Shown: in pieces, positions 13,390-24,272 of the stretch
Numbering within the stretch: position 1 is the stretch's first letter
How the letters are laid out: every line of letters begins with the position of its first letter
DNA from: Octopus sinensis
Lineage: Eukaryota
DNA length: 64,000 nt
Reading direction: 5' to 3'
NCBI RefSeq assembly: GCF_006345805.1
Contig: NC_043003.1
Span: forward strand, 111,538,001-111,602,000
Position numbers and translations under genes: made by a program
The notes under the pieces: model-generated
Told to the model about the DNA's origin: nothing
The model's input: the letters and a program-made list of their open reading frames with translations, nothing else
Database searches by the model: none

Positions 13390-13421
<32 letters not shown>

Positions 13422-13495
13422 ATACTACTACTACTATTACTACTACTACTACTACTACTACTACCACTACTAATACTTCTACTACTACTACTACA
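13320..13495. repeat. (CTA)n/(CCA)n microsatellite
   Basis: Direct reading. Confidence 0.9.
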
Positions 13496-13785
13496 CATAC
13501 ACTTGTCTTGTCTAGAGAGCCACTCCTTCAGTATTCTTTGAAAAGTCAGGCCGAAAGAGGTTGAAAGAAGAAATATATTAAACACAACTAAAACCGAAAC
13601 TCCGTGATGTCTGACCATATATCGGCACCGAATCAGAACAAAAACAAAAGCAACAAGAAAATAATCATCTCAAATGATATATGTCACAATATTTTCGACA
13701 ATTTTCATTTATAGTAGATTATAGTAGATTTATAGTAGAAGAGTAGTCCTGATGCGCGCACTCGCGTACTCGCGCAACCGGGCTT

Positions 13786-14608
13786 GCTAGTCGTGACTAG
13801 ACGATTCTACAACGACTACCGAGCGCTAGTGTGCGTATGCAAATTAATGGATGGGTTTTTTTTCTAAACAAAAGTAATTGTTTAAACAAAGTAAATTATT
13901 TTTTCTAAACAAACTTACGAATCTCATGGTTCCGGGTTCAGTCCCACTGCGTTGCTCCTTGGGCAAGTGTCTTCTACTATAGCCTCGGGCAGACCAAAGC
14001 CTTATGAGTGGATTTGGTAGGCGGAAACTGAAAGAAGCCGTCGTATATATGTATGCGTGTGTACATGTTTGTGTGTCTGTTTGTCCCCCAAACATCGCTT
14101 GACAACCGATGCTGGTGTGTTTACGTCCCCGTAATTTCGCGGTTCAGCAAAAGAGACCGATAGAATAGAGTACTAGGTTTACAAGGAATAAGTCCTGGAA
14201 TCGATTTGCTCGACTAAATGCGGTGCTCCAGCATGGTCACACACAAATGACTGAAACAAGGAAAAGAGTAAAAAGCAAATGTTCATAGAAATTTGGTTGA
14301 AAGTTATTAGAAGAACGTAAAACGAGGTTTTAAGACTATGATGGGGGGGGGTACCAAAAGCAGGTATTTTATTTAATTTGTTTTAAAAAAATATTTATTT
14401 TGTTGAGAAGAAAAAAATATTTACTTTGTTTTAAAAAAAATTATTTACTTTGTTTAAAATATTTACTTAGTGTAAAAATATTTACTTTGTATAAAAAATT
14501 ATTTATTTTGCTTTAAAAACGAACCCTGTTTTTTTGCATACGCGCAAACAATTAATGCATACGTGCACTCGCGGTAGGTAGTCGTAGGATCGACTAGTTA
14601 CGACTAGC
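13786..14608. mobile_element. TIR-bounded non-autonomous element with internal AT-rich tandem motifs, interrupted by a SINE
   Basis: Left gctagtcgtgactagacgattctac versus right end read on the minus strand gctagtcgtaactagtcgatcctac. Internal repeats of aaatatttactttgt at 14390-14510. Confidence 0.55.
13924..14272 (+). mobile_element. SINE family A, 5'-truncated, nested in the TIR element
   Basis: catggttccgggttcagtcccactgcg...gactgaaacaag..aaaagagta, colinear with 49608-50017. Confidence 0.9.
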
Positions 14609-14639
14609 TATATATTTATACATACGTTTGTATGTATGT

Positions 14640-14865
14640 GTGTGTAAATGTGACCGCGTGTGTACCGTTGGCGATTTTTTTCCCTCTGTCTTCACTTCTC
14701 TGGATCTTTCCTTCTCCTATGTTTCCGAGGAAGAGCTCTGTTCGAAACGTTAATCCCTCCTTCTTTCCTTCTTTCCTGAGCGTCCAATAATATCATATTT
14801 GTTCCACGTCCTCGCGGTGTTGTGTTTTTCTGTGCTTTCTTGTTTGGGTTAACTATATATACCTA
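14640..14865 (+). mobile_element. PLE pseudo-LTR-type repeat (family H2) with a hammerhead-like motif at 14721-14755
   Basis: Homologous to 36545-36725. Motif GUUU-CCGAGGA-A-GAGC-UCU-GUUC-GAAACGU-U-AAUC has a U4C change in the core. Confidence 0.6.
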
Positions 14866-14908
<43 letters not shown>

Positions 14909-15009
14909 AATGTGAGGATAAAATTCTTTTCGAAAAAAAATATTTTCTCGAAAAAAATTTTATCAATGGCCAGCATATTAAAAAATACCTTTAACGGTTA
15001 AATTTATAA

Positions 15010-15321
15010 ACAATTCATAAATGAGGGCAAAGGAAAAAAATTCGAATGCCAAATATGCCGAAAAATTGGACATATTGTCCATTAACCATATAATTTTTTC
15101 ACAATACGCACGCTACTCGAAAAAAGGCTGACAGAAATTTCTAAAAATATCGGTCCGATATGGTAATAATGGAATTTTTTAAAAATTTCTGTCAGCCTTC
15201 TTTCGAGTAGCGTGCGTATTGTGAAAAAATTATATGGTTAATGGGTTAATGGGCAATGTGTCCAATTTTTCGGCATATTTGGCATTCGAATTGTTTTCCT
15301 TTGCCCTCATTTATGAATTGT
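15010..15321. repeat. Imperfect long palindrome, ~135-bp arms
   Basis: 15010-15147 versus 15175-15321, with scattered mismatches and a 7-bp duplication (ggttaat) in the right arm. Confidence 0.85.
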
Positions 15322-15348
15322 ATATATATATATATTATATATATATAT

Positions 15349-15399
<51 letters not shown>

Positions 15400-15506
15400 T
15401 AAATCTTCGGGTAGCAAAAAGATTTAGAAAAAATTCTTTGCAACCAGTGGTCTAGCGAGAAGAATACAAATAGTCGAAAGACTACAATATTATTCATATA
15501 AAAATA

Positions 15507-15974
15507 CAGTGTACATTTGAACACATAAGAGATGGCCATAATGGGACATCTGACTCGCTAGAAAGAGTAGTTAAGCTACAAACCACAGTTAGATGTAATT
15601 TCGAAAGGGAAGGAAAATAATAAATACCTTTACTCTAAGGTTTATTAATTAATGATAAAATTTTGAAAGAAAATCGGCACTCTCTGTAATTGCTGCCGAT
15701 AAAAACCGACCGTGCGCCGTGGATTTTGAAAATCTATATCATATAAACACGAAGCATGTTCTTTATCGCCTCGTTTTTATGTGTTAATCTTGGCTTTCCT
15801 GGTGATGGGAGCTTCGCCAATTGTAAATTATTTTATTTACAAAAGATTGCTTAAAATTATGCATAGTCCAGAAAATATAGGGATTTAAAAAATGTTTCAT
15901 TCTCTTACGAAATTACACTACTCTTTCTAGCGAGTAAGATGTCCTGCCATCTCTTATGTGTTTAAATGTACACA

Positions 15975-15975
<1 letters not shown>
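15507..15975. mobile_element. Tc1/mariner-type MITE with TA target duplication
   Basis: TA|cagtgtacatttgaacacataagagatggc...actcgctagaaagagtagt mirrored by the right end ...aaatgtacacag|TA; ~60-bp imperfect TIRs. Confidence 0.75.
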
Positions 15976-16023
<48 letters not shown>

Positions 16024-19000
16024 TGTATGAATGTATCAATGGATGAGTGAGTGCATGATTTTGTGTGAGCGCGCGCGCTTTAACTACATGTGCGAGCGTG
16101 TGTGTCTAGCGACAGTACTTCACGCGCAATTATTCATAATTTTGCGTTGTGATTTACAGGAGCTGGCAAAAAGGATGGATATTCATTTACTCGTGATACC
16201 TTGTCTCATGGAAACTATATATGGAATCAAGGGCACAATGCGATCTCAGCTTAGTGTTTTAGGTTCTCAACATCTTAATACGATTGAGAAAAATAATCAA
16301 TATTCTCAATCCAAACACCATGCATTTGTCGAATAACATCATTTTGCTGTTTAATTCCCAGCCTAATCTATAAACTCTGCCAATGGAAAAGAGAAATTTC
16401 AGATGCTTTCGGATATTTTTCCATCTGTATTTTTATTTGGCTTTTTTTTGGCTGTCTATTCATTTATATATAATGTTTTTTTCTTTTTTTTCTTTTTCTT
16501 TCCCTTGGAAGATCTTTCTGTGGACTTTTGATTTATTCATTGTTTGACTATTCAAGCGAATTTAGCTTCCCGATATTTCATGAAGATTTGGGGGATATAT
16601 TGATTTGCCTGTCTTAGTCATAGCTGCATTCTAATGGATAACATCAGGATCACTTGTGTCCACTTTCAAGGATGTACATTTTTCATATACAACATAGAAA
16701 AATAACGTTAGATATACACACATTTATCTAAATACTATTCACTGAAAAATCTACACATATAGCAAGACACACACACACACATATACACACGCCCACAAGT
16801 GAATACACATGCACATATAGAGATGCTTATTGTCTTTCGGAATCCCAGGTTTACATGATGGAATATCAGCAGTTATTGAGCTGGGATTTCAAATCAGAAA
16901 TGACACTATGACATTACAGTTGACGAGAATATATATACATGCTAAGGAAAGCACAAGATTTTAATGTCATTGGTGCACTTATTCACGCAGAGATGTGTTA
17001 AATGGAACGGATCATCCAGGGATTGCATTGATTATTGAACCTCTGTTTATAATTATCTACTACTCTGGAGTTTATTGGTAAGTATTCCTATCCGATAAAT
17101 GGCAAGAGGATTTTCTAAAAAAGACCTGGACACTTTTATTCTTCTCCCTGGAAAATACTGTATAGATAATCTGGTTAGCGTATATTTGTGTAAAAATTTC
17201 CAGTTCGTATCACTTTTCTGATTGGACGATCGACCTGTGAAGTTTTGACGAGTGAAAATCTCCAACACCTACAGTTGTTGCATTTTAATTTTCAAACTGT
17301 GGCAGCCTTAGGATTCTAATCATGAAATACCATCTCAATAACAGAGTGAGTATTTAAATGAATAGTTGAATGAAAGGAAGTGATAGTATATGTTGAGAAT
17401 TCTACCAATCCAGATCATCTGAAATTATTTGGTCTTAGAACTAAATTCCTACGGGATAGAGGTGTTGGTGTTTAAACAGGAACGGCTAGAATTTCATTGC
17501 TGCGAATAGGCAAAAAGAGATTCTTCTCACATTCAGGATGGTACCTGGAAAGATAAGTAGTTTATTTTCTGTATAATACAAATAATATGTTTAATGCCAT
17601 GTTCGTGATACATCATAGCGTTCGCCGCTATACTCTATATGTTGAGGGTATTCTTTATCCCTTTGTCCTGCATATCGAAGCATGTTTGCACGTGTACATG
17701 TGCTATGTGAATCGACATTCACATTCTGATATAAATTGTTGTTGGGAGGGCAATTACACCTGTCAGTGAACTTGCAATTGAGGTTGGTAGGTATGGTGAG
17801 TTTAGCTATTTTTGATTTTTAAAATTGTTACCCATGTTTCACAGACAGCTACAACAATCCTTAAATATACTCTAATTGTAAATCTTACTGAAGTTCATTG
17901 TGGTAAGAAATAAGTAATGATCAGAGTCAAAAAGCGTCTAGATATATTTATATAGACATTTAGACTATATTAGGAGTTGAGAAACACGACTCTTCCGTGT
18001 CTTGCCATGTTTGTTCTTGCATGAAAGGGGTTCTAACATAAACCCGTTCTGTATTATATTGTAATACGAGACGGCTCTCTCAGATATACCTTGTGAAATG
18101 TTAATATGCATTTTCGATTTCTGTTGCTGAAGAAGAGATAACAACTCCGAACTACATGCATCCTACATTTTCGTTAGGGTCGCTTGCGAAGTAGTCGGTG
18201 TGTTTACATTTATCTGTCTAGAGTAAAACATTTTCAATGCGACAAGTACGGTGCAAGACTTTTCCGCGAGTTCGAATAAGCTTCAAGTGTAATTGAACCG
18301 GTAACAAGTCTGTATTTATACATAACACTGATAAGCGCCTTTGTCCAGTATAGAGAGAAGGAAAGAGTGAACGAAAATTACTTAGTTTTTATGAAGGAAA
18401 CCGTGTAACGAATCGTGACTGCAGCAATTTAACAGTCAACATCACGAAATAAATAACAGTTTTCGTTGCATGAGTCCAGTTTTTTTTTTAATTCGAACTT
18501 CGTTATAATATCCATGTTGCTGCTATATCAACGCTCACAAAAAATGCATTCAGTCACTTACACTTGTCACGCTCATGCATTCCGGCATGCTCTAATGTAA
18601 AATATTTGCTACGATGTCTTCGTTTTTAATACGGTGTGAAAAAAATATATAAATCATTCAGGACACCTGTCACGCCACACAAAGCGTAAATACACACTAA
18701 TAGAAATTCAGTTAAAAAATTATACAAAATGTTGGATACGAAATGTGTCTATGCGAAGACAATAGTATTTGATCTTTAAGCTTTAAAAATTCCACATTAA
18801 ATCACTCTCACAAAACGATATTTACCACGCAAAAGTCAAGTGATTTACAGCGTTTCTAAATACGGTCATAAAGCGATATAACGGAAAATATGTAGTAAAA
18901 ATGTTAAGTGCTTGGCATGACGATATGTCACTGCGTCAGTCATCATTCACCCTATTCATTATCTTGCAAAAGTCTTTTTTCATTTATTCAAGCAGCCGAA

Positions 19001-19349
19001 ACAAGGAATCAAATGAATCAATCAAGCGTCTGATTTTGTCATGGATTGCCTGATACGTTCAGTAACTATTCCAATTTTCATAGCATTCTTGTAACAGATG
19101 TATTAGCCTGTGATGACATGCAAACTTCATCAAGCTTTCTAGCACATTTGAAATGCATTAAACTTAGTTTTTAAAATAGGCAAAGGTGGACTATTTTTGA
19201 TTTATCCTCTAATAATTACTCTAAAGGAGAAAAGCGGATTAGTGCATAAAGCAACAAGCGGATGCTTGATATCCATGCCATGGTGAAATAACAGAAAGTT
19301 GGAACATAATCCTTTGCTCATGCGTTTTTATGATAACATAAAACAAAAA

Positions 19350-19800
19350 AAAAAAATTAATCCTGAAATGTCGTCTGCATGTTAAATAGAAATCTAAAGG
19401 TACAAAGTTCGACTCTTTTTACCGGCGATATGAATGCTTCGTTCAAAATGTCTCTCTTACTATTACCCATTTCATCTAGAAGAATGGCTTTGAGACCAAC
19501 GTATATTTTCATTCAGATAAGTGAATCTTGTTATACTTCAAACGTAACACCAATTGAAGCTTTCGTTCCAGGAAACAGAACTACATTGCTATAGTATATC
19601 GATAAGAAACTCCTGTTGGTTTTGAAGATATCTTTGAAATTCACACTTATAAAGGCTAATGTGAAACGTTAGTCCGTCAAACAATTATTGAACCTTTAAA
19701 AGTATGCAACCAATAAATTATCAACGATACTTGGAAATAAGATAAATACATTTCCCGATATGATTTGGAGGAAAACCTGTGACCAAAAGAAGATAAGGAA
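19350..19800 (-). mobile_element. Possible very old PLE reverse transcriptase remnant
   Basis: Minus strand shows YLQNQQEFLIDI, MG and HADDI in the order expected for a PLE RT, across frameshifts and stops. Confidence 0.3.
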
Positions 19801-20218
19801 GTCTAAAGGACAAAATATGAATGTCTTAATCATGAACACTTTGGACAAATATTCATGATTGATTGCATTCTGATAAGGAGTCCTCTGATAAATGCGAAAT
19901 TCAAGTTCATATAGTAAAGATGAGAATCCACCACCGCCATTTTTTAAAAACAGAATAAAACTAATCTAAAAGCCTGAGTGAAGAACTGATACTTCTATAA
20001 AACGTACCAAAGTATGAACGAAGCATGAAAGGTGAAAGAATTTTACTGGTGTATATTTCTTTCAATTATTGGTTTAAAAAACTGAACTCTATGGAAACTA
20101 TATTATACCTTTTTTGATGACGATTTTCCAAGTAAAAAGAAATACACTCACAGAATTAGCATAAGCTTGTACATACACACATACATACAGACAGACACAC
20201 AAACACATGTATATATAT

Positions 20219-20256
<38 letters not shown>

Positions 20257-20422
20257 GCAACACTTCTACAAATGGATTAGTTCAATGGGAAAGTATTTTC
20301 TGAAATGAATAGGAAGGAAAATATGCAACTTCTATAGGCCAGGTATGGAATGGAAAATATATTCGGTATAAATGCATGCATATGAGTATACAAATACATG
20401 TAAAATTTATCTTCTTTCTTTG

Positions 20423-20477
<55 letters not shown>

Positions 20478-20869
20478 GTATATATATATATATATGTATA
20501 CGCTATTCTGTTTTTTTTTTCCTGTGGGTAATTTCGCATTTCTATTTGCAAGTCAAAAAATATGTCTTTCTCTTCAAAAACGAATATTTTATTTTTGAAA
20601 AAACGTCAGACTTTATATCAGGTCATTCAGTTCAATTTAAACTGATGAAGTTGCAGCAGTTAAGCATATATTAAGTTTCTGAATATGGTGTAGATAAAAA
20701 AATGTTTTTTTATATGATTCAAATGAGCTTTCTAAAGTGTGCACAATTGATCGGATCTAAGAAACAAAAAAAAATCTATGTATGTAATTTTACGAGTATG
20801 CATGTGTCTATACACACACAAGCGTGCAGGCACGGGCGCATATGCATACACACACATACACGCATATAT

Positions 20870-21092
20870 GCTGGCAGAAACGTTAGCACGCCAGCCGAAA
20901 TGCGTAGCCGTATTTCGTCTGTCGTTACATTCTGAGTTCAAATTCCGCCGAGGTCGACTTTGCCTTTCATCCTTTCGGGGTCGATAAATTAAGTACCAGT
21001 TTCGCACTGGGGTCGATGTAATCGACTTAATCCCTTTGTCTGTCTTTGTTTGTCCCCTCTATGTTTAGCCGCTTGTGGGTAATAAAGAAATA
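20870..21092 (+). mobile_element. SINE family B
   Basis: gctggcagaaacgttagcacgcc...gagttcaaattccgccgaggtcgac...gtgggtaataaagaaata. Confidence 0.9.
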
Positions 21093-21110
21093 TATATATA
21101 TATATATATA

Positions 21111-21521
21111 TACTCTTTATTCTTTTACTTGTTTCAGTCATTTGACTGCGGCCATGCTGGAGCACCGCCTTTAATCGAGCAACTCGACCCCAGGACTTAT
21201 TCTTTTGTAAGCCCAGTACTTATTGTATCAGCCTTTTTTGCTGAACCGCTAGGTAACGGGGACATAAACACACCAGCATCGGTTGTCAAGCAATGCTAGG
21301 GGGACAAACATAGACACACAAACACACACAGGCATATACATATACATATATACATATATACGACGGGCTTCTTTCAGTTTCTGTCTACCAAATCCACTCA
21401 CAAGGCTTTGGTCGGCCAGAGGCTATAGTAGAAGACACTTGCCCAAGGTTCCACGCAGTGGGACTGAACCCGGAACCATGTGGTTGGTAAACAAGCTACT
21501 TACCACACAGGCACTCCTGCG

Positions 21522-21523
<2 letters not shown>
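21111..21523 (-). mobile_element. SINE family A, full length
   Basis: Minus strand begins ggcgcaggagtg..tgtgtggtaagtagc and has ggttcagtccc B-box-like motif. Confidence 0.9.
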
Positions 21524-21576
<53 letters not shown>

Positions 21577-22011
21577 TATATACATATATATATGTAGGGG
21601 AACTTTCAACCTTGAACTTGTTCGCATAAAGTGTCCCGTTTGTTGTATTTTTATTTTCTCTTATATTACCACTTTTTTTACATTCATTTCATGCTTTCCA
21701 CATTTTCCTGAATTTTTGTTCTCCTTTCCGTCTTTCTTCCCTCTCTGGATGTCCATACTCCGTTTCCTCTGCCTGCACTCCCCTTTTTTGCCTCCCCCTC
21801 TCTCTGCTTCCCTTCTTTCTTTCCCTTTTCCGTTTGCCCCGTCTTTTCTGCCCCTATCGCTTACTTATCTAGTTTTTTCATACGATTATTATTTTTTTTT
21901 TAACGTTTGTTTTTTCCCCTTTTTTCGCTATCCTTTTTTTCTATTTTTTTCATACGATAATTTTTTTTTTTTTTTTTTTTTTCTTCGAACGTTTTTTTCC
22001 GCTATCCCATC

Positions 22012-23274
22012 ATGCCGGATCCTAGGTCCTACCTCCTCACCCTCCATCACCGTTTGAAGGATCATCTCCGTTCGCTTCCTGTATATTGCCTTCAGCCGTC
22101 TGTTAATCTCTCTCTACTTCTTTTTAAAAAAACCCTCTTCTCTAGCCATGTCTCTTTCCTAAGCCGCTGCCTACATCACCGACTCATCCCTAAAGGTTTC
22201 CGCCTCCACTTCCACCCTGCTCTCCACTCGGATTCTTCCATCTTACCCATACTCCGCACCACATCTTACTGCCTTATGCGGGCCACCATTTGCTCCAATC
22301 TCTCCAAACTGCATGCCATCAACCGCCTTCTTCCTCCTGCTTTCTCCACCTTCTTCTCCTCTCTGCCGCCTCTCTATGCTCCAAACACGCTACGCTTCAT
22401 TATCCATTTGAATCAACTCTTCCATCAATTTCTTTCTGATACCAAACTTCGTAAACTCCAATCACTCTTCCATTCCACCCTACCCGACGCCACTACCCCA
22501 ACTCCTCCACCACCCTTCTCCCCTCCCGATAGGCTCCATCCACCCACACCTAACCCCACTGCCCCTCCCTACAACCCCTTCTCCCCTCCCGTTAGGCTCC
22601 ATCCACCTACACCTAACCCTACTGCCCCGCCCCACCACCGAACCCGCCCTGTAGTCTCCCGCCTCCCTTTTCCCCTCACTTACCACCCCACGACCCTACG
22701 TCTCCAACGCACCATTCTTCGAGCTTTCCGTCATCTCCAGTCCGACCCGTCCACTTCACACCTCTTCCCTAACCGACCCCTCCACTCTTTCAAACGAGCC
22801 CACAACCTTCGAGACCTTTTGGTCCATAGCTCCTTCCCTGACCCTACCTCCCAACCCGGCTCGTTCCCCTGCTCCCGCCCACGTTGCCACACTTGCCCTT
22901 ACCTCTCCAACACTACCCGCCTCACTAGCACCCACCATCGACCCTATCACATCATCCACTCCTTCACCTGCACCTCCAGCAATATTATCTATTGCATCTC
23001 TTGCTCTCTCTGCAATTCCTTGTACATCGGACAAACGGGACGCCGCTTGGCTGACCGGTTCGCGGAACACCTTCGTGACATCCACCTTGCGAACGACACA
23101 CCGGTCTCACGCCATTTCCGCTCCACCGGTCACTCCTTGCAACACCTATCTGTGTTCGGTTTGTCCTCACACAGAGGCCATCCAGATTCCCGTTTGCGCC
23201 GTGAACAGGAATTAATCTTCTCTCTTCGCTCTTATACGCCATTTGGTCTCAACTCTCCCCCCCTCCTCATCTAA
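22012..23274 (+). CDS. PLE-derived protein: N-terminal domain, Pro-rich linker and GIY-YIG endonuclease, no RT
   Basis: 420 aa without stops. HVSFLSRCLHHRLIPKGF (PLE N-terminus), LPFPLTYHP...FKRAHNLRDLLVHS (post-RT linker), CSRPRCHTC, NIIYCISCSLCNSLYIGQTGRRLADRFAEH, REQELI, PFGLN. No YxDD motif. Confidence 0.85.
   Translation: MPDPRSYLLTLHHRLKDHLRSLPVYCLQPSVNLSLLLFKKTLFSSHVSFLSRCLHHRLIPKGFRLHFHPALHSDSSILPILRTTSYCLMRATICSNLSKLHAINRLLPPAFSTFFSSLPPLYAPNTLRFIIHLNQLFHQFLSDTKLRKLQSLFHSTLPDATTPTPPPPFSPPDRLHPPTPNPTAPPYNPFSPPVRLHPPTPNPTAPPHHRTRPVVSRLPFPLTYHPTTLRLQRTILRAFRHLQSDPSTSHLFPNRPLHSFKRAHNLRDLLVHSSFPDPTSQPGSFPCSRPRCHTCPYLSNTTRLTSTHHRPYHIIHSFTCTSSNIIYCISCSLCNSLYIGQTGRRLADRFAEHLRDIHLANDTPVSRHFRSTGHSLQHLSVFGLSSHRGHPDSRLRREQELIFSLRSYTPFGLNSPPLLI
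22513..22638 (+). repeat. In-frame 63-bp tandem duplication (PFSPP[D/V]RLHPPTPNPTAPP)
   Basis: Units start at 22513 and 22576. Confidence 0.9.
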
Positions 23275-23599
23275 TCCCCCTCTCCCCCTCCTCACCTATC
23301 CTTTCCCCCCGACCCCTACTTCTTCAGTCCTTCATCCTTTCACCCATACTCCCCTTCCCTTCTTCCCTATTTCTCCCTCCCTCTTCCCCTTCTCTCTGCT
23401 CCCTCACTTCCTCTCTCCCCTTCTCTCTCCCCCTCTCCCTCTTTCCTCTTTCATCCCCTCCTCCCCTTCCTTCTCCCCCCTCCTCTCCTCTTCCCCCCTC
23501 TCCTCCCTCTCTTCTTCCCCCTTCTCTCCCCCTCTTCTCCCCCTCCCCCTCTTCTCCTCACTACACCACATGACTTTACACATCACATCACATATGATG

Positions 23600-23935
23600 T
23601 GCCATACTAATACATACACCAACTAATACATACTAATACGTACTAATACATACTAGTACATACTAATACATACACCAACCCTATACATACACACGTCCAG
23701 ACCCCGCATACGCACTTATACTCTCTCATACACACACACACACTTATACATACTAATACGTGCTAATACATACTAATACATACTAATACATACACCGACC
23801 CCATACATACGCACGTCCAGACCAATCCTACGCACTAATACTCTCTCATACACACACACACACACACACACCCTTATACATACTAATACATACACCAACC
23901 CTATACATACACACATCCAGACCCCTCCTACGCAC
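23600..23935 (+). repeat. Composite tandem repeat: tactaataca 10-mers within ~100-125-bp units (about 3 copies)
   Basis: catacaccaaccctatacatacacacgtccagacc recurs near 23670, 23790 and 23890. Confidence 0.8.
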
Positions 23936-24110
23936 TATTAGCTGGTCCCTCAACCCTATTATCAACCTTATTATCTCCCCTTATTTCGCTCTCGCGTCTC
24001 ATGTTTGATCTTTGACCTCTGGCCGAAATCAGATCGCCATGTTGATTCGTTAGCTACTGCACGCATTTTTTTTTCTCTCCTTCTTTCTGTGTTTTTTTTC
24101 TCTCTGTGTA

Positions 24111-24148
24111 TCTTTCTGTTGAAGAGCGTAGGCTCGAAACGTTAAAGA
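24111..24148 (+). ncRNA. Minimal type I hammerhead ribozyme motif (variant core CUGUUGA)
   Basis: UCUUU-CUGUUGA-A-GAGC-GUAG-GCUC-GAAACGU-U-AAAGA; GUU triplet. Confidence 0.55.
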
Positions 24149-24272
24149 CTTGTTTTATTTATATTTCCTGAGCGCCATACTAATACAATTGTTCGTTTGT
24201 TTTCCACCTGCCTTCGTCTTTTGTTCATTTTCATAAAGCTTCCCGTTATATATATATATATATATATATATA

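Larger units (their letters stand above)
21595..24247 (+). mobile_element. Penelope-like element lacking RT: pyrimidine-rich 5' region, 420-aa ORF, repetitive 3' region, terminal H1 repeat with hammerhead
   Basis: ORF motifs (below), strong C/T strand bias, H1 repeat at the 3' end, bounded by (TA)n on both sides. Confidence 0.75.

Noticed and set aside
13750-13791. GC-rich stretch ending CTAGT, a possible Helitron 3' end
   Set aside because: The hairpin is poor and the CTAG is better explained as the start of the TIR.
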